DNA of 64,000 nt from Phoronis australis (taxonomy: Eukaryota; Animalia; Phoronida), in the NCBI GenBank assembly GCA_002633005.1, contig NMRA01000796.1, positions 77,781-141,780 of the forward strand. The letters run 5' to 3'. A program made the translations under genes and the position numbers. Below are positions 36,821 through 50,703 of the stretch, one piece after another. The notes below the pieces were generated by a model that was given only the letters and a program-made list of their open reading frames with translations, had not been told where the DNA came from and made no database searches. Position 1 is the stretch's first letter; the number at the start of each line of letters is the position of its first letter.

Positions 36821-37359
36821 ACAACATAAATACAATTCAAGATGGCTGTACCGGAACTACTTTTATTTGTCAACACAAGCTACTTAAAACCTAACTTCAA
36901 CGGAATTTTGTTATTTTAGATGTATTGGGAAATCAGATAGTCCCATCAAAGTCTTAGTAAAATAAGAAAACACGAGTTCAATCACGCAAATGTAAGCCCG
37001 TCAAATGATAAGTGAAGCTACGTTTTCGTGCCATGTTGCGTCACCGCGAGATCCCAGCGGCAAACAACAAACGGTTGTATTGAATAGGGGTCTGAATAGA
37101 ACACCATTACGTGCGGGTGTTATTCGCAGCTGTTTGAATTAAAAGGTGATTCTCGCGATGAAGTAAACAAAAGCAAGCTAATACGCCTAACAGTTCGTTA
37201 CATTTGGCAATTTATGGCACTAGTGGGCTCAGAGCGATGCTCTTGACATACTGTAGGAACCAAATTTACAGGTGTTACCGTTGAAGATAGGCTTTAAGCT
37301 AATAACAATAACACAAGTACACATGTACTAAGCACTACTGCTACGCGGCTGGAGTTATT

Positions 37360-37780
37360 TGGTTGACCGACATCCAACAGCTGCCCCACCTGGTGGTCAA
37401 ATGGTACGAAAACGATCAAATAGACAAACTGGTAGTGAGCAAGTGTTAGTTGGTTGACATCCAACATCCAACAGCTGCCCCACCTGGAGGTCAAATGCTA
37501 AACGATCAAACAAACTTGTAGTGAGAAAGAGTTAGTTGGTTGACATCCAACATCCAAAAGCTGCCCCACCTGGTGGTTAAATGGTAAAACGATTAAATAG
37601 ACAAACCGGTAGTGAGTAAGAGTTAGTTGGTTGACATCCAACAGCTGCCCCACCTGGTGGTCAAATGGTAAAACGATCCAAAAGGGGGGACAACAAGTGC
37701 ACATGTGAGCTAGAGTTAATTGGTTGACAGCCAACATCCAATAGCTGCCCCACCTGGTGGTCAAATTGTAAAACGATCAA
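37360..37780. repeat. Tandem array of 5 units (84-100 bp), each with a CTCF-like motif
   Basis: GCTGCCCCACCTGG[T/A]GG at about 37380, 37474, 37560, 37644 and 37744. Confidence 0.9.
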
Positions 37781-37804
37781 AGAGATATGCAAGCAGTGAG
37801 TTTG

Positions 37805-38720
37805 AGTTTTTTATACGTTTATTTTATTAGCAACCATAACTTATATACAGAAGAAACAAAATAAACATTAACCCTACAACCAGGGTGTAAGTACACGAGC
37901 GTATTTTAATAAAAAACATGAACACTCCATTCACACCGGAATCGACCATGTGTAATTATTAGATTTTTAGACAAAATGTCCTTCTAAAGGGACCCATCTG
38001 TTCATAAAATGTTCGTACATGTAATTTATTGTAAATTTTCTGTTTATGTTATGATATTCAAATATTTCATATTTCAGTCTTTGCAAGCAGGGAAGTTTGG
38101 AATTTAACCTGTTTACTAAGCAAATAAGGACATTAATGACACTTTGGGCCCCCACTTTCCCTAAGATAACATCAAACTAATAACGATCCCTGCTTTGGCA
38201 GCAAAACACTTGTTCACCGACTTCCAAAAATTTCGAATAACTTGACATTCCTAAAAAAACAAGCCAACGATTCTGGGAGTCTTTTCCACAGAATGTGCAG
38301 AGAGATGAGTTAGCTAAACCTATTTTATATAAGAAATAATTTGTACTAAGAAATATGTAAATCTAATTTGTGACCATTTAAGATTTTTGTCTTTAGTGTA
38401 CAAAGAATTTAACCCATGCACAGTTCTCCACCATTCACTATGATGTTGGCTATTAGGTAAGCAAACCAACTTGAAATTTTTATTTAACGATCTCACCATT
38501 AAGACAGAAATGTTTTTCCACATATTTTGGAAAACTCCGATGAGAAGTCATTAAAGATTGGCGTTTTGTTGTTTTTCATATATTGCGACGTCTCAAGAAC
38601 TTCGTCGACTGCATGGCAACCCTTGCTGATCGCAAAAACGCAACATTATTAAAGCAACCTGCCAAACAATTTTGGCAAGATGTTTATCTGTCAGAGTGCT
38701 TGCGAATTCTGTTTAGTATA
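37805..38720 (-). mobile_element. L1/Tx1-type LINE 3' fragment
   Basis: Minus strand reads YTKDKNLKWSQIR, C.FCGK..ES...C..IRNFW, then AATAAA and an A-rich tail near 37810. Confidence 0.65.
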
Positions 38721-39285
38721 TTTTGAAAAGTACTGTATTTGTGGAGCTTTTGCGTAGAAATAAGAACTTTTTTGTTGATGGATACTTTTATATACGTATT
38801 AGTTATATATTTATGTTATAATAACATTAATTTATGAACAAAAATAATAACAAAGCCGAGACTCGTTTTCCTACAAAATTCCTGTATGATTTCCAAAGGC
38901 ATCAGGTAACCAGTCCCTGGTTTACTACGCACGGCAAACAATAACAGACTAGTTTGAAAGCCTGCAACTGTCTAAAATGAGTTGTTGATAGTCCCAAGCA
39001 GTGGCTTTCAAATCTTTCAGTAAGTGTCGTATGTTCTATACCGTGCAAAACCGTACTGGCTGCTGTTAAAGTGACTATCAACGATAAATTAAAGCTGTGT
39101 CGAACCCCCTTTAACCCGTGCTTCTGGACAACAGGGAAAAAAGACCAATTTTATAACGGCAATGTCTTACATCAGAACTTGTTTTTTACAAAAAACAATG
39201 TCCAAATGTTATTGTAAGCCTTCTGTCAAAATCGCCATATTTCTATTCACCTAAGGGTCAAGCCCCCAGGTCAAGGTGTCACATT

Positions 39286-42200
39286 GCTTGCAAGAAACTC
39301 ATTTTATTGAATCAGAAATTTCTGTTATTAGGGCCTAGTGGGGATATGATGTTTTCATGAGCCCTGGAACAAGAGAATCGAGAGGTGTTTGCATATTGCT
39401 AAATAATAACTTTGAATGTGAAGTTGGTAAAATCCATCTTGATGATAAAGGAAACCTTGTTGTCATCGAATTACTTATTGAAAATCGAGTCTCAATACGT
39501 TAGCTAATATTTATGGTACCAACAAGGATGACCCTGAATTTTTTAGAATCCTGCTTCAAGTAGTCTCTGACTACAATTAAGAGTTCATAATCATTTGCGG
39601 CGACAGGAATTTGGTTCAGGATTTCAATCTTGACTAATTAGGATACAAACACCAAAACAATCCGGCTGCAAGAAAACAAGTTATCAGTCTGATGTCGCAG
39701 TTAAATTTGGTCGACCCGTGGCGGTTATGTAACCCAAATACAACGAGTTATACTTGGTTGAGAATTAACCCTTGTAAGCAAGCCCGTGTGGACTTTTTCT
39801 AGTGTCCGACGAGTTTTCCTCTTGGACATAAAATATTGAAACGTCCCCAGGTTTTAGAACTGACCATCAATGTGCCGTGACTACTATTCAGGCCTCTAGA
39901 TTTGTTAGAGGTAAAGGTCTATGGCGACTTAACAAATCCTTATTACGTGATGTAGAATATATCAGTAATGTGAAAGACATAATAGTTAAAACAGAGAAGG
40001 AATATTTATCTCCTGACAATGACTCCAATTTGTCAGACGGTCAGTCCACTATAGACGACTCTCTTCTTCTTGAGATGATTCTATTGAATATTAGAAATTA
40101 TACTTTGTCTTATTCAGCTTTCAAGAAAAAAGAAAAGCATCGACATAAAAAGAATTTAGAGGAGCAATTAAGTCTTCTTAAAGAAATGATGTGCAACAGT
40201 AATTCTGCTCTGCTCCTTGAAATTTATTCAGATATGCAGAAAGATTATGAATATATTAGAAAGGACAAAGTGAAAGGCATGATGCTGAGATCTCGGGCAA
40301 AATGGATCGAGGATAGTGAAAAACCGTCCAAACATTTTAGTAACTTAGCAAAACGCAATTACGTGAACAAGAATGTCCATAAACTAATAGACGAGACTGG
40401 ACGAAGCTTGACAAACCAAAAAGCTATACTGTGTGCAATCGAAAAATTCTATGAAAATTTATACGCAGCCAAAGAAAATTACTCTCTCCAATATGAGTTG
40501 TAGGACTTGGTGACCCCTGAAAATATTTCGAAACTAGACGCCGACTTGAAAGAAAAACTAGAAGGACCAATAACATATACTGAAACTGCGGCTGTCCTTA
40601 AATGTATGAAAAATGACAAAACTCTGGGGTCTGATGGTTTTCCTGTGGAGTTTTACATTTTTGATCAAACCTTTTAGTTACAGTTTTGGAACTTGCCGTC
40701 TCCCTACCACTATGCGTCAAGGTGTCATTAGTTTGATTCCTAAGAGCAAGAAACCACGTGAATACATTAAAAATTGGAGACCAATCTCCTTACTAAATTC
40801 AAGTTATAAACTATTATCAGCATGTATTGCACAAAGGATAAAAGCTGTTTTAAATAAGTGAATTCATCCCAATCAAACTGGGTTTCTCCCAGGTCGCTTT
40901 ATCGGGGAGAACTCCAGAGTGATTTATGACATCTTACAATATACTCAAGTTAAGGATATTTCCGGACTTCTGGTATTAATTGATTTTGAAAAAGCCTTTG
41001 ATTCTGTGTCCTGGGGATTTCTTAAGAAAGTTCTACAATATTTCAATTTTGGTGACGATATTATTCGTTCGTTCACAATACTCAAAGTGTCCAACTTTCG
41101 GTCATTCAGTATGGCTTTACGTCTAAGTACTTTAACATTTGCCGAGGTTGCAGACAAGGGGATCCCCTTTCACCTTATCTTTTTTTGTTGTGTGCCGAAA
41201 TTATGGCATCTATGTTGAGGCAATGCGAGAAAGTTAAAGGCATAAAAGTAGGGTCTTTAGAGTATGACTTAATGCAATATGCAGACGACACGGTCCTCTT
41301 TCTAGATGGTTCAGAGACCTCTTTGAAATCGTCACTTAATCTTCTTGATCAGTTTGCTAAGTATTATAAGCTTTGCTGTGAAAAAGATTTAAAATGGGTA
41401 AGTTCCCAGTTCACATCTCTTGGAATTACCTTCTCTGTCAACTTACAGGATATGATTCACTTAAACTACTATGTAAAATTAAACGAGGTTAGAAAAGGCA
41501 TTGGAAATTGGTCAAAAAGAAATTAATCTACCTTTGGTAAGATAACGGTTGTCAAATCTTTTTTATTACCAAAACTGATTCACCTCTTTTACACGCTTTC
41601 TCTTCCAAGTGCTACTTTTGTAAGGACGTTGAAAAAATATTTTTTTTGTACCTCTTCTGATAGAATCTCAAGAAAAACCATGGTACAGAAATCTGAAGAT
41701 GGAGGTGGGAATATGGTCCATATTGCGTCATTTGTCAAAGGTATTAAACTGACTTGGATTCGAAGATTCTTCAAAAATTGTTATAACAATGCTTCTCCTT
41801 GGCTAAATATTTTATGTGAAATAATTCCTAATATAAAAAATGACTTTTCAGTTGGGTTTTTGTTTTTTCCTTGAAGTATCTAACCGTACTAAGAATATTT
41901 TTGGAAGGATATTTTTTATATCTTATACGAATATATCAATCTGTGTGAGATAGATGATCCTTTGTACCAACCTTTTTGGTATAACCCCAAAATTTGTATA
42001 GACAGTTGTCCAATTTTTCGGAACGAGTGGTTTCAAAAGGGTATACGGTACGTATACGATTTAATTAACCCTGATAACGGATATATTTATGGTTATCATA
42101 CCTTTTATTCACGTTTTCAATTTTGTCCTTGTATTACTCATTTTTATGGAATTCGAAGTTCAATACTTCGTTCTTGGAATCATCTAAGAGACAAGAGTAC

Positions 42201-42785
42201 TATAGTCACTCCACTTTTTCCAGAACATATTTTTCGAATCTCCTCGGAAAATAAACGGGGAAAATCTATGAATTATTAATTTGTAAATTGTATGTAAAAC
42301 CTGTCGCAGAATTGAAGTGGGAGAGAGAAATTAACTTATGTGATGATACTCAATCTTGGAAAAAAATTTATTCTGTAATTTATCATTGTACTTCCGATGT
42401 CAGACTCAGATGGTTTCAATTCCGTATCAACGTTCTTTCTGTGAGCAACATGAAGAAACAATTCTACATTTGTATTGGGGATGTTCACTTGTTCAGAAGT
42501 TTTGGGGTTGCTTAGCCAAATTTCATTTATATAGACAAAGACTACAAAAGGCTAAGCCCAATTTTCAGTCATTATTACGTGAGGTATGTGATTACTACAA
42601 CCTGGAAAAAATTATTTACAATGATATATTGGATCTTGAGAGATTCCAGGCAAGGCGGTCTTTTTTGCCAAATTAGCTTTTATAGGGGCCGATAATGTTC
42701 GTAATTTGTTTTGATGTACACTTAACTAGATTTCATATTGCTGCACAACTGGTTGGTTGAATTAATAAATATTTCATCATGAAAA
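39286..42785 (+). mobile_element. 5'-truncated Tx1/L1-clade LINE (APE + RT ORF2 pseudogene) with 13-bp TSD
   Basis: LQETH, SRGVCIL, IICGD, RVDFF, TDH; KNWRPISLLNSSYK, IDFEKAFDSV, RGCRQGDPLSPYLF, QYADDT; ETILHLYWGC; AATAAA and a short A tail. TSD AAGGTGTCACATT at 39273-39285 and 42786-42798. Confidence 0.93.
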
Positions 42786-45529
42786 AAGGTGTCACATTTC
42801 CAAATAAGAAAAACCCATCTCGGTACAAAATCGGCTATGTAACGGGCGTTTGACTGGTCGTGTTTTAAAGTCGATTCAAACAGACGTACACACGACACTG
42901 CATGGACATTCTGAAATTTTACAAGTCATGAAAAAATCCTACGTTGACACCATAACCGGTCGAGATTGGGCAACTCGACCAGGTTGCGCACCTCAGAATC
43001 TACCGGTTTAGATAAAAGACACCATGTTGTGGTTAATTAAATCTCCTCAGTATGGCGGTGTTATCGTTCTCGTGATGATGACACCCATCGTAAACAAACC
43101 GGGGACGACAATAGTATTTCAAAATTTTTGTTTTGAAATTGTGTAAATAGCGTACTTAAATAGTTCGTGAAAAGCACACGTGATGATGTTTTTAAAATTT
43201 GAAAATAGGACTAGAAATGTGACTTTTACAACCCAAAACGTTTGTTTAATGTTTCCGTAATATACCTGTGTGCCTCATTAATTCTGCTGGGTGTACAACA
43301 TAATTGGGCCAATTTCCAAACCACCACGCAACAGTTGGATTTTGAGGTACGCCAAATGTCATCGTACATTTTTTGGCATGTAAGCCTTAACAATAAGTGC
43401 TCAATATACTGGTATAGAGTGAAATGTCACAGAAACACTGTAATTGGTGCAACATTGAGATGTTAACAGATTCCAAGTCACTTTTCATGAAACAGATCTT
43501 TGATAGCGGCTTGCAGTTCTAGCATATTTAGCGCAGACGAATGGCTGCGCGTTCAGTCTGATGCCTATGAAATCTCAAGACTGTCAGGTGCTAGCGAGTT
43601 CGGTTTTTACTCTCTAACGCGTTAGGTGAACGACTCTTGGCCAAATGAACCTAGTGCACATTCACAAGATGACGTCACGAATTCCGAAATCGAATTGATT
43701 AATAAGACTTGTGCAGTAATAGTAAATACGGTCTTTCATTTATGCGACGTGACCTTGATTCAGATTCTGCCATACGCAGCGGAATTCGCTTCCGTTACTA
43801 CCTAGCTGCCATATTATAGTGGGACATGAATTGACATATATTATGTAATGAGAACAACAAACTGACATGTTAGTGATGTGCTGGGACGAGTATTTCAGTG
43901 GAGATATCACCACAGACAACTAAAGTTGCTTTCCCTCTGAATGGCATGAATTCTCTTTTATGAACCAATCATAAAAACCTGATGCACCTACAAATAATCA
44001 GCAAGCAGATGTCACTGTCACTACGTCAGTTTTAAGTTCACTAAGATTGGGTTATTGGAATTTAATTTTAGTGACTGAATGGGATCAACGTACCTGGAAA
44101 ATATGTCAAGAACAACGAAAATAAGCATGGTGAACCTCAAAATCAAAAGTTTGGGGCCGTATCAGTAAATACTGTCGTAACGTAAAACTCGTCACCAGTG
44201 AACAACTCACAGGCCTGGAATGTCATAGATACCTCAAACACCACTACATCAATCAGTTAACTACTTAAAATAAGAGAATAAACAATCCCGACCCTACAAG
44301 GGTCAGTACAGTTGTATACATGTAGCTATAAGTGAGATGAGGCGCCTGCCTTCAGTGAAAAATAGCTGAGCTAATTAGGGCCGTCCCGGATTAAACAGCG
44401 ACACTCGCATTTACCCTCAATGCCGTAATATCCGCCAAGCACAATAGTATGACGTCACTGGAGTACCGCATGTTCTTTGTTGTATTCTTCACAAGTTTTC
44501 TCTATTGGCCCTTCCATTACCAACGACGTATTACTGCTGTGCTGTGGTATCCATCTCCGACGGGAGAGGGTCGACAAACATCCAAGTAAATGTGGAGGAG
44601 TTGATAAAGTTCGTTTGTCGGGTTCATTTTGTACCGAAAAGAATCCTCTTTGAAGATACATTTCCAATTCCGGTACATTTAAACGGTTTAAGTCCAGAGT
44701 ATTTCCACGGCCATACCGTACTGTGAGAGTTTCCGACATGACCTGTGCAAATAGGCTTGAAATTCCAAACGAAGACAATGAAAACAACGCGTTTTCTTAC
44801 CGCTGGACAGTCTCATGAATGAACTAGTCGCTAATTCCTAAGACCCAGGTTATGAATACACTGTAAAGGGTGACTAGTTGTACCCGAATTAAGGAGACAA
44901 TTCATACTATAAGCAACTTGACATCTTTACCGTTTCCACTTTCTCTTCTGGCAACACTTAACTTCACACATTTCCTTGCGCTGTACAACAATACGATAAT
45001 CATCTTAAGCAAACACAAGGCTATAATAATCAATCTCATTGCCATTCCTGGGTCCCGCCAGTCCTTAAGCGACCGCTTACATTGGTCGATTTCATCCAAC
45101 ATCAAAATTATGATTACCGAACACGTCAATAACACGTACACTGGAATTGAAAAGGCTTTCTCCAACCTTTGGAATAAAGTCTTCTTACCCATCATGCAGC
45201 TACTTATTCTCACGGAGTTTATTGACCTGTGTTTGTTTACTGAAAATAATAAAAGAACGTGATATGCATCTCTGTTGAACATCGGAACAACAAAATGTGT
45301 TCACACTGTCATAGAAACTAGCTAAGCTTAAAAGTGAGGAGTTGAAGCCACGCACGCGTCAATTCAAATATGACTGCCAGTTTGATATGGTGTTTGACGT
45401 TCCGATCCGGGTTTACCTCACTTGGAATAACTCAGCAATTTTCGTAATTTCGATTTTTCTCTCGAATGTGAACGTTTCCGCACGTGTGCTAACCATAGAT
45501 AAAATATTGCGAGATGCGCACGCGACACA

Positions 45530-45546
45530 CAGCGCCACCTAGTGCA
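45530..45546 (-). promoter_or_regulatory. CTCF-consensus motif
   Basis: Reverse complement is CACTAGGTGGCGCTG, matching the CTCF core. Function is untested. Confidence 0.35.
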
Positions 45547-47472
45547 TTCTAGACTAGGCCTTTGTCGGAAGTCAACAAGAAGATTAAAGTCGTGAAGATA
45601 CTAAACCATCTCAAATCTAATTGATTGTTGCTGTGGCCAACACTCTTAAAGCATCACTGAAATCCGCCAACAATAGATGCTAACACAGACACACGCACGC
45701 ACGCGCACACACGCAACCACGTAAACAGATATGAAATTATAAACTCAGCGCTTCTAGAACCGGAGGTAACAAGTATCCGTTACGAATGGCAAGATGAATT
45801 ATTATTGAAACGAGTACAGCAGTTACAGCTAAAGTATTTTCCTTTGTCAGAAGTAAATGCTTCGCACCACGAGTTAAATTGTATCTTTTTTCATGATATA
45901 TTTTCTCATCCCAGAAAAAAGGTCAACCAAAACATTCATAGCTGTGCATTCTCAGCCTTAAAGGTATATTTAACAGTACTGCAGTATTCAATTTTGTGTA
46001 AACTTTGGTCAAGCGGCAAGTCATATGACTTGCAAACTGGAGCATGATTGGACTGATGACTAAATTAGCACATGCGCAGATAACGTTCACCTCGGAGAGG
46101 GAAATTGGAGGAAAGTATACGACTGAGGTGCTCCAAATGTTTGAGGAAGAGGTAATTTCATGGAAGACCGCAAAGAAATTCCGTAGAGAGTATTGTTAAC
46201 AATACCTCGCTGAAAGGGCATTTGAACTCACCTTCGTATGACTTAATCACGTTGGTAAACTAGATGCATCGTCAAATCTAAAGACTCGTCTGAGCACTCG
46301 CCAGGATAAAATCCGCACCAAAATGGTTGGCGACAGTCAGAGTTTTTTTAATGTAAACAATAAGCAAACCATTAATAAGCGATGAATTAATTACTTAGGT
46401 TTGAAAAGCAATTTTACTCAATTGCAATCGAACGTTTGGACATTTTTCAACACTGTGTTTTCAAAGCGCTGACCTACAGTGTGAAGTTTGCCTTGTTTGT
46501 CACCCAAGGAGAGGGTGCACGGCACACTGAACATTCGACTGTCACTAAGTTGAACGCACGCGGTGGAAGGGAGAATGGTCTGCGTTTGCAAAAACCAAAT
46601 CAATTTTTCGTTTAAAGCGAAATTGAAAAAAATAAAAAATTGAGTCAATTTGCAGTGTTTTAATTTTTCGTTTTTCAATTCCATCGAAAAATCGAAAGCT
46701 GAAAATTAGAATATCGAGCCAATTATTGATTTTAGCTTTTGTGAAAAGATAGTTGGCTTCGCTTACGCCTCACTATGAGGTAACTTACGGTGAGTTTCAA
46801 TACTAAAAAGTGGTTGGCTTAGCCTACGTGCGCCTACGCCCCACTACAGCACTGTCGTGAAGGCTAAATAACAGTTATGAAATCATTTACTCTTCAAAAT
46901 TGGTACACATTGCTTTAACCCTCAAGCAAAACAGTTGAATTGCTAGACTAACTATTTCATACAACTGTAGTTTCATCTGGCAAAATAAACCTGATGAAAT
47001 TACGGAACCATCATGGTTAAGGATTTTTCGATGGAAAGGTACAAAATGGAACTCTTGAAGTCGTTCATCAAGTTCCTTAAAATTTCGTGATAGTGATGAT
47101 GAAGCCTGGAAGAAAGTGTTAATTTAAACAAATCTGTCACTTTCGCGTAACGTGTTTCTTGATGGTAAGGCCTATTATGATCGTTCTCTAGCTGCCTCGG
47201 TTCAAAATCAGTTTTGTGATGAAGTTTTTTTCGAAATGTTGGGAGAATTTATTGTTTTCTTCAATGCTGACAATTTTATTTAATCCCAAGATTTCAACTG
47301 ACAAGAAGTACATTTTTATGGGAGTTGGTATTCCAAGGGCATTGTATAAATATTTATGATTTATTAGATTATAATGTCAATGTGACGTCTAACGAATATA
47401 GCACTTGATTTGGCGACCTGCATGTATCAGAGCAGGCACAAAACTGTTTTGATTTGAGTAGCACAAAATGAT

Positions 47473-48315
47473 GGATTGTTCGAAACTCACTCGACCCCCA
47501 CACCCCACAATCCCCTCGACCCACAGCCCACTCGACCCACGACCTGTGGCAATAGATTATCTTTGCGCTTTTTACACATTTCATAATCATATTACGTTGA
47601 TAAGTGACTTCCCATGATACTTGCCTACACGCGAATCCTTTCTGGCTCCAGTCAGGTGGTTTAAAACAGAAAGTAGCGTAAGAACATTATCTGAAATAGC
47701 AGATTGTAAACGTGCTATCGTTGTCTCGAAAATAGTATCATGATCGGCTACCAATGGCCCTCTTCTATTAAACTTAGGTAGGGAGTGCGTTAACGTGAAT
47801 GCAAATAATTTTACATTTTTGCTTTCTGTTGTATACCCGTTTACAATGTACTTCATGTAACGTTGAGATACCTTTTTAGTTAACAGTTTATTTTACTGAA
47901 GTAATTACATATTTGTCGGTTTTTCGCAGTCTCTCAAAAACTTGAATCTGCTATCCACTGAAGAGCAGGCGAGACGATTACACTCTGCCGGGAACGACAT
48001 TTGTATCTTCGGTAGGTCTTTGGTTTGATTTGGTCGCGTTGTTTTTATTTCTACATTTGGCTTTCAAACTTGCCGAATCGACGATCTTATTTGCAAAAAA
48101 AAGAGAAAAGCCAACCGAGCTCACGGCAAGACTCGTAGGTCCTGCAACTCAGCGCTTGTTCTATTTTCAGATCGAGTCGTGCTTGAGTAGACTAGGTCGA
48201 GGGGGTTGTGGGTCATGGGTCGTGGAGCTCGTGGGTCGAGGAGGTCGTGGGTTGAGGAGGTCGTGGGTTGAGGGGGTCGTGGGGTGTGGGTGTCGATGGG
48301 GTTTTAGAACAATCC
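47473..48315. mobile_element. Mutator/Foldback-like non-autonomous element, 9-bp TSD CAAAATGAT
   Basis: GGATTGTTCGAAAC...GTTTTAGAACAATCC TIRs, with subterminal (CTCGACCC/GGGTCGWG) repeats in inverted orientation and a perfect 9-bp flank duplication. Confidence 0.85.
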
Positions 48316-50703
48316 CAAAATGATTCAGAAAGCTGACATCTTAGAAATGGCACGGACACAACACTTTCCTGTCATTTCATTGGCTGTTCTGATCACACTG
48401 CACTGGCACCTAGTGGCTAACAAAATTTTAGGCTTGGTTTTTCCAACTAAACGTGCAAGTGTATTCTAGGGAACTTTGCTTAAAATGACTTTTGAACATC
48501 TGAAGAAGGATTTGATCCAAAGTTTCCGTTGCCCCTCTCCCCCTGAAGTAGCCACGGGCATGAAAGATAGGAGAGCTGGTACTATGGCCTAAAACTGGGA
48601 GCCGGACAATTCATCAACCTTATTATATGCTGAGTAAATATATACAGAGTGAGATTTAATTTTAGACCCCGTTGTTTGCAAAGGTTGAAAATGAAATTCT
48701 TAAATGTTACAACATAGAAAAGGTAATTTTTCTAAGAGCTTGAATTTGGAATGCCAGAATGAACATGAAATTACGAAGCTACTCACCAAAAACCACTACG
48801 ATACGTAGAGTACTGCAGGTCCCTCTAAGTTGACGATTTGAACTCAGCTACGATTTTGTAGTAATCTCACTTTGTCGTTGGATTTTATGTGTCCCCAAAT
48901 GCTTAACAAACAAACACAAACAATGCCCATGAAAGTTAAGCTTACCAGGAGAGCACTCGGCTGCTGTACAAATGTAGCTTCACCGTACTTCGGAGATAGT
49001 GCGTGTTGTTGTTTCGAGGGTACTTACGCTGAGTAAAGAAACTGACTGAAGTCGTCACAGATTTGACATCCTCTGGAATACAACAACAGTTATACCGTTC
49101 AGAACGCCATTGAGGGTTTTCAGTGACGCGGTGAGGTGCACGTAGTTTTACTTATTCTAACCAAATGAAGTTAATCGACTGTTTTTATGATGAGAACTCT
49201 TCGCGAACAGTTTGTACCAGTTTTCAGTTCATGACATTACAACCGAAACGACTTGTCACAACAAAATTTTATACAGAAATTAACTGGTTCCAAACAGTAG
49301 GCCCATTCATGCAAACTTTTTGTGGGATGTTTTGCGGACTCCCCCCCCCCCAATGGAAAAGTTTACCTAAGCGAACATAGCTAAAGTTTCTACAATGTTA
49401 CCATTCATACGATCAATTTTCAAGATTTCGATAAAAAAACAATCTAATGACGGCTCCACTACATAAATCATGCACGAAGTTTGCGTAAGGTAGCACCAGA
49501 CTGTAAGATTAGGAACCGATATTTGTAGAAAACGACATTTAAATTTCCACCAGAAATACCATCATGTTGTATGGTTAGGAAGATTGTAGATGTGACTGAA
49601 AACGGTATTCAGTTTTGCTCTAAAAATACCACCCAGGTTCTATTGTTAGGATGAATACATGTACGGAAACGATACTTAAATTTGCTTTGGAAATACGAAC
49701 AGATTATTTATTAAGTAGGAAACAGTCTGTCTCACACGAGGTACTCATTATATTTGACTCAGGGTTTCAAAAGATCGGATTCATCCACGTCTCCAAATTT
49801 AAAACAGTAGTTTTCAGAGCTGGTTCAATGGCCGAGTTGAGGAAATGATCAGCAAACATTTTTGACGTTGAACTTCTTCTTGCATCCGTTTTCCCACCAT
49901 CGACTCACTGACACAGATTAGAAGTTGTTTTCACTGAACACGCACCACTTAATTGCAGTAAAATTGATTTTCGACTTTGTTTCTCAGTGGAGAAGTAACA
50001 TTCCCATTTGGACAAAACATGTGCAGGGATACATCGGTGGGTCAAAATGACCAAGTTCACAGCAAGATAAAACACGAATGAATCGATTTACCAATAGTCT
50101 CAATTCTGACCACATTATAACCACAGAAGGAAACATACATTGTTCCTTAATCATGCATTCATTACTGGAAATCTTTAATGTTTATTTAAAACTACGCATA
50201 CGAGCCGAAAACTTCTCAGACAAGGAGTCGGATTTTAGATCCGCAATTAGCTATATGATTAGCCTTACACACGCCCGCCACTCTGTAAATTAGAAGTGTC
50301 TTGGGTGTTAACTCATCTCTAATCGTTTTCCAAATATTTACTCACCCGTTTACACCAAATTTACTCATCCTTGCATCGGCCGATGGAGCAAGGGTGATTT
50401 ACGTTTTCTTCATGTACACTACACAGGCAAATACAATACGGCAATCCCACTATGACTTACAATACATTTCCAAACAAAACAAGTCCGTTGACAAACTAAA
50501 TACTAACTGGAAAAAATAAAGCAAAGAACAGCACACCAAAACGCAAACTGTTGAAGACTTCCAATACCCAACCGTCTATGCACAAAGTAATCGAGGACCG
50601 GCTTCTTATAGACAGTGCCCTTTAGCACATCTGTGTGACTACAATATAAGCGGTTTACAGCAGTCAATACATGTGATTACTAGATAATTAAGGCATGTAG
50701 ATG

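Noticed and set aside
37360-37780. Possible CRISPR-like repeat-spacer array
   Set aside because: The inter-motif segments are homologous to each other, so it is a diverged tandem repeat.
47955-48000. Hammerhead ribozyme (CTGAAGA...)
   Set aside because: The GAAA box is absent and the helices are unconvincing.
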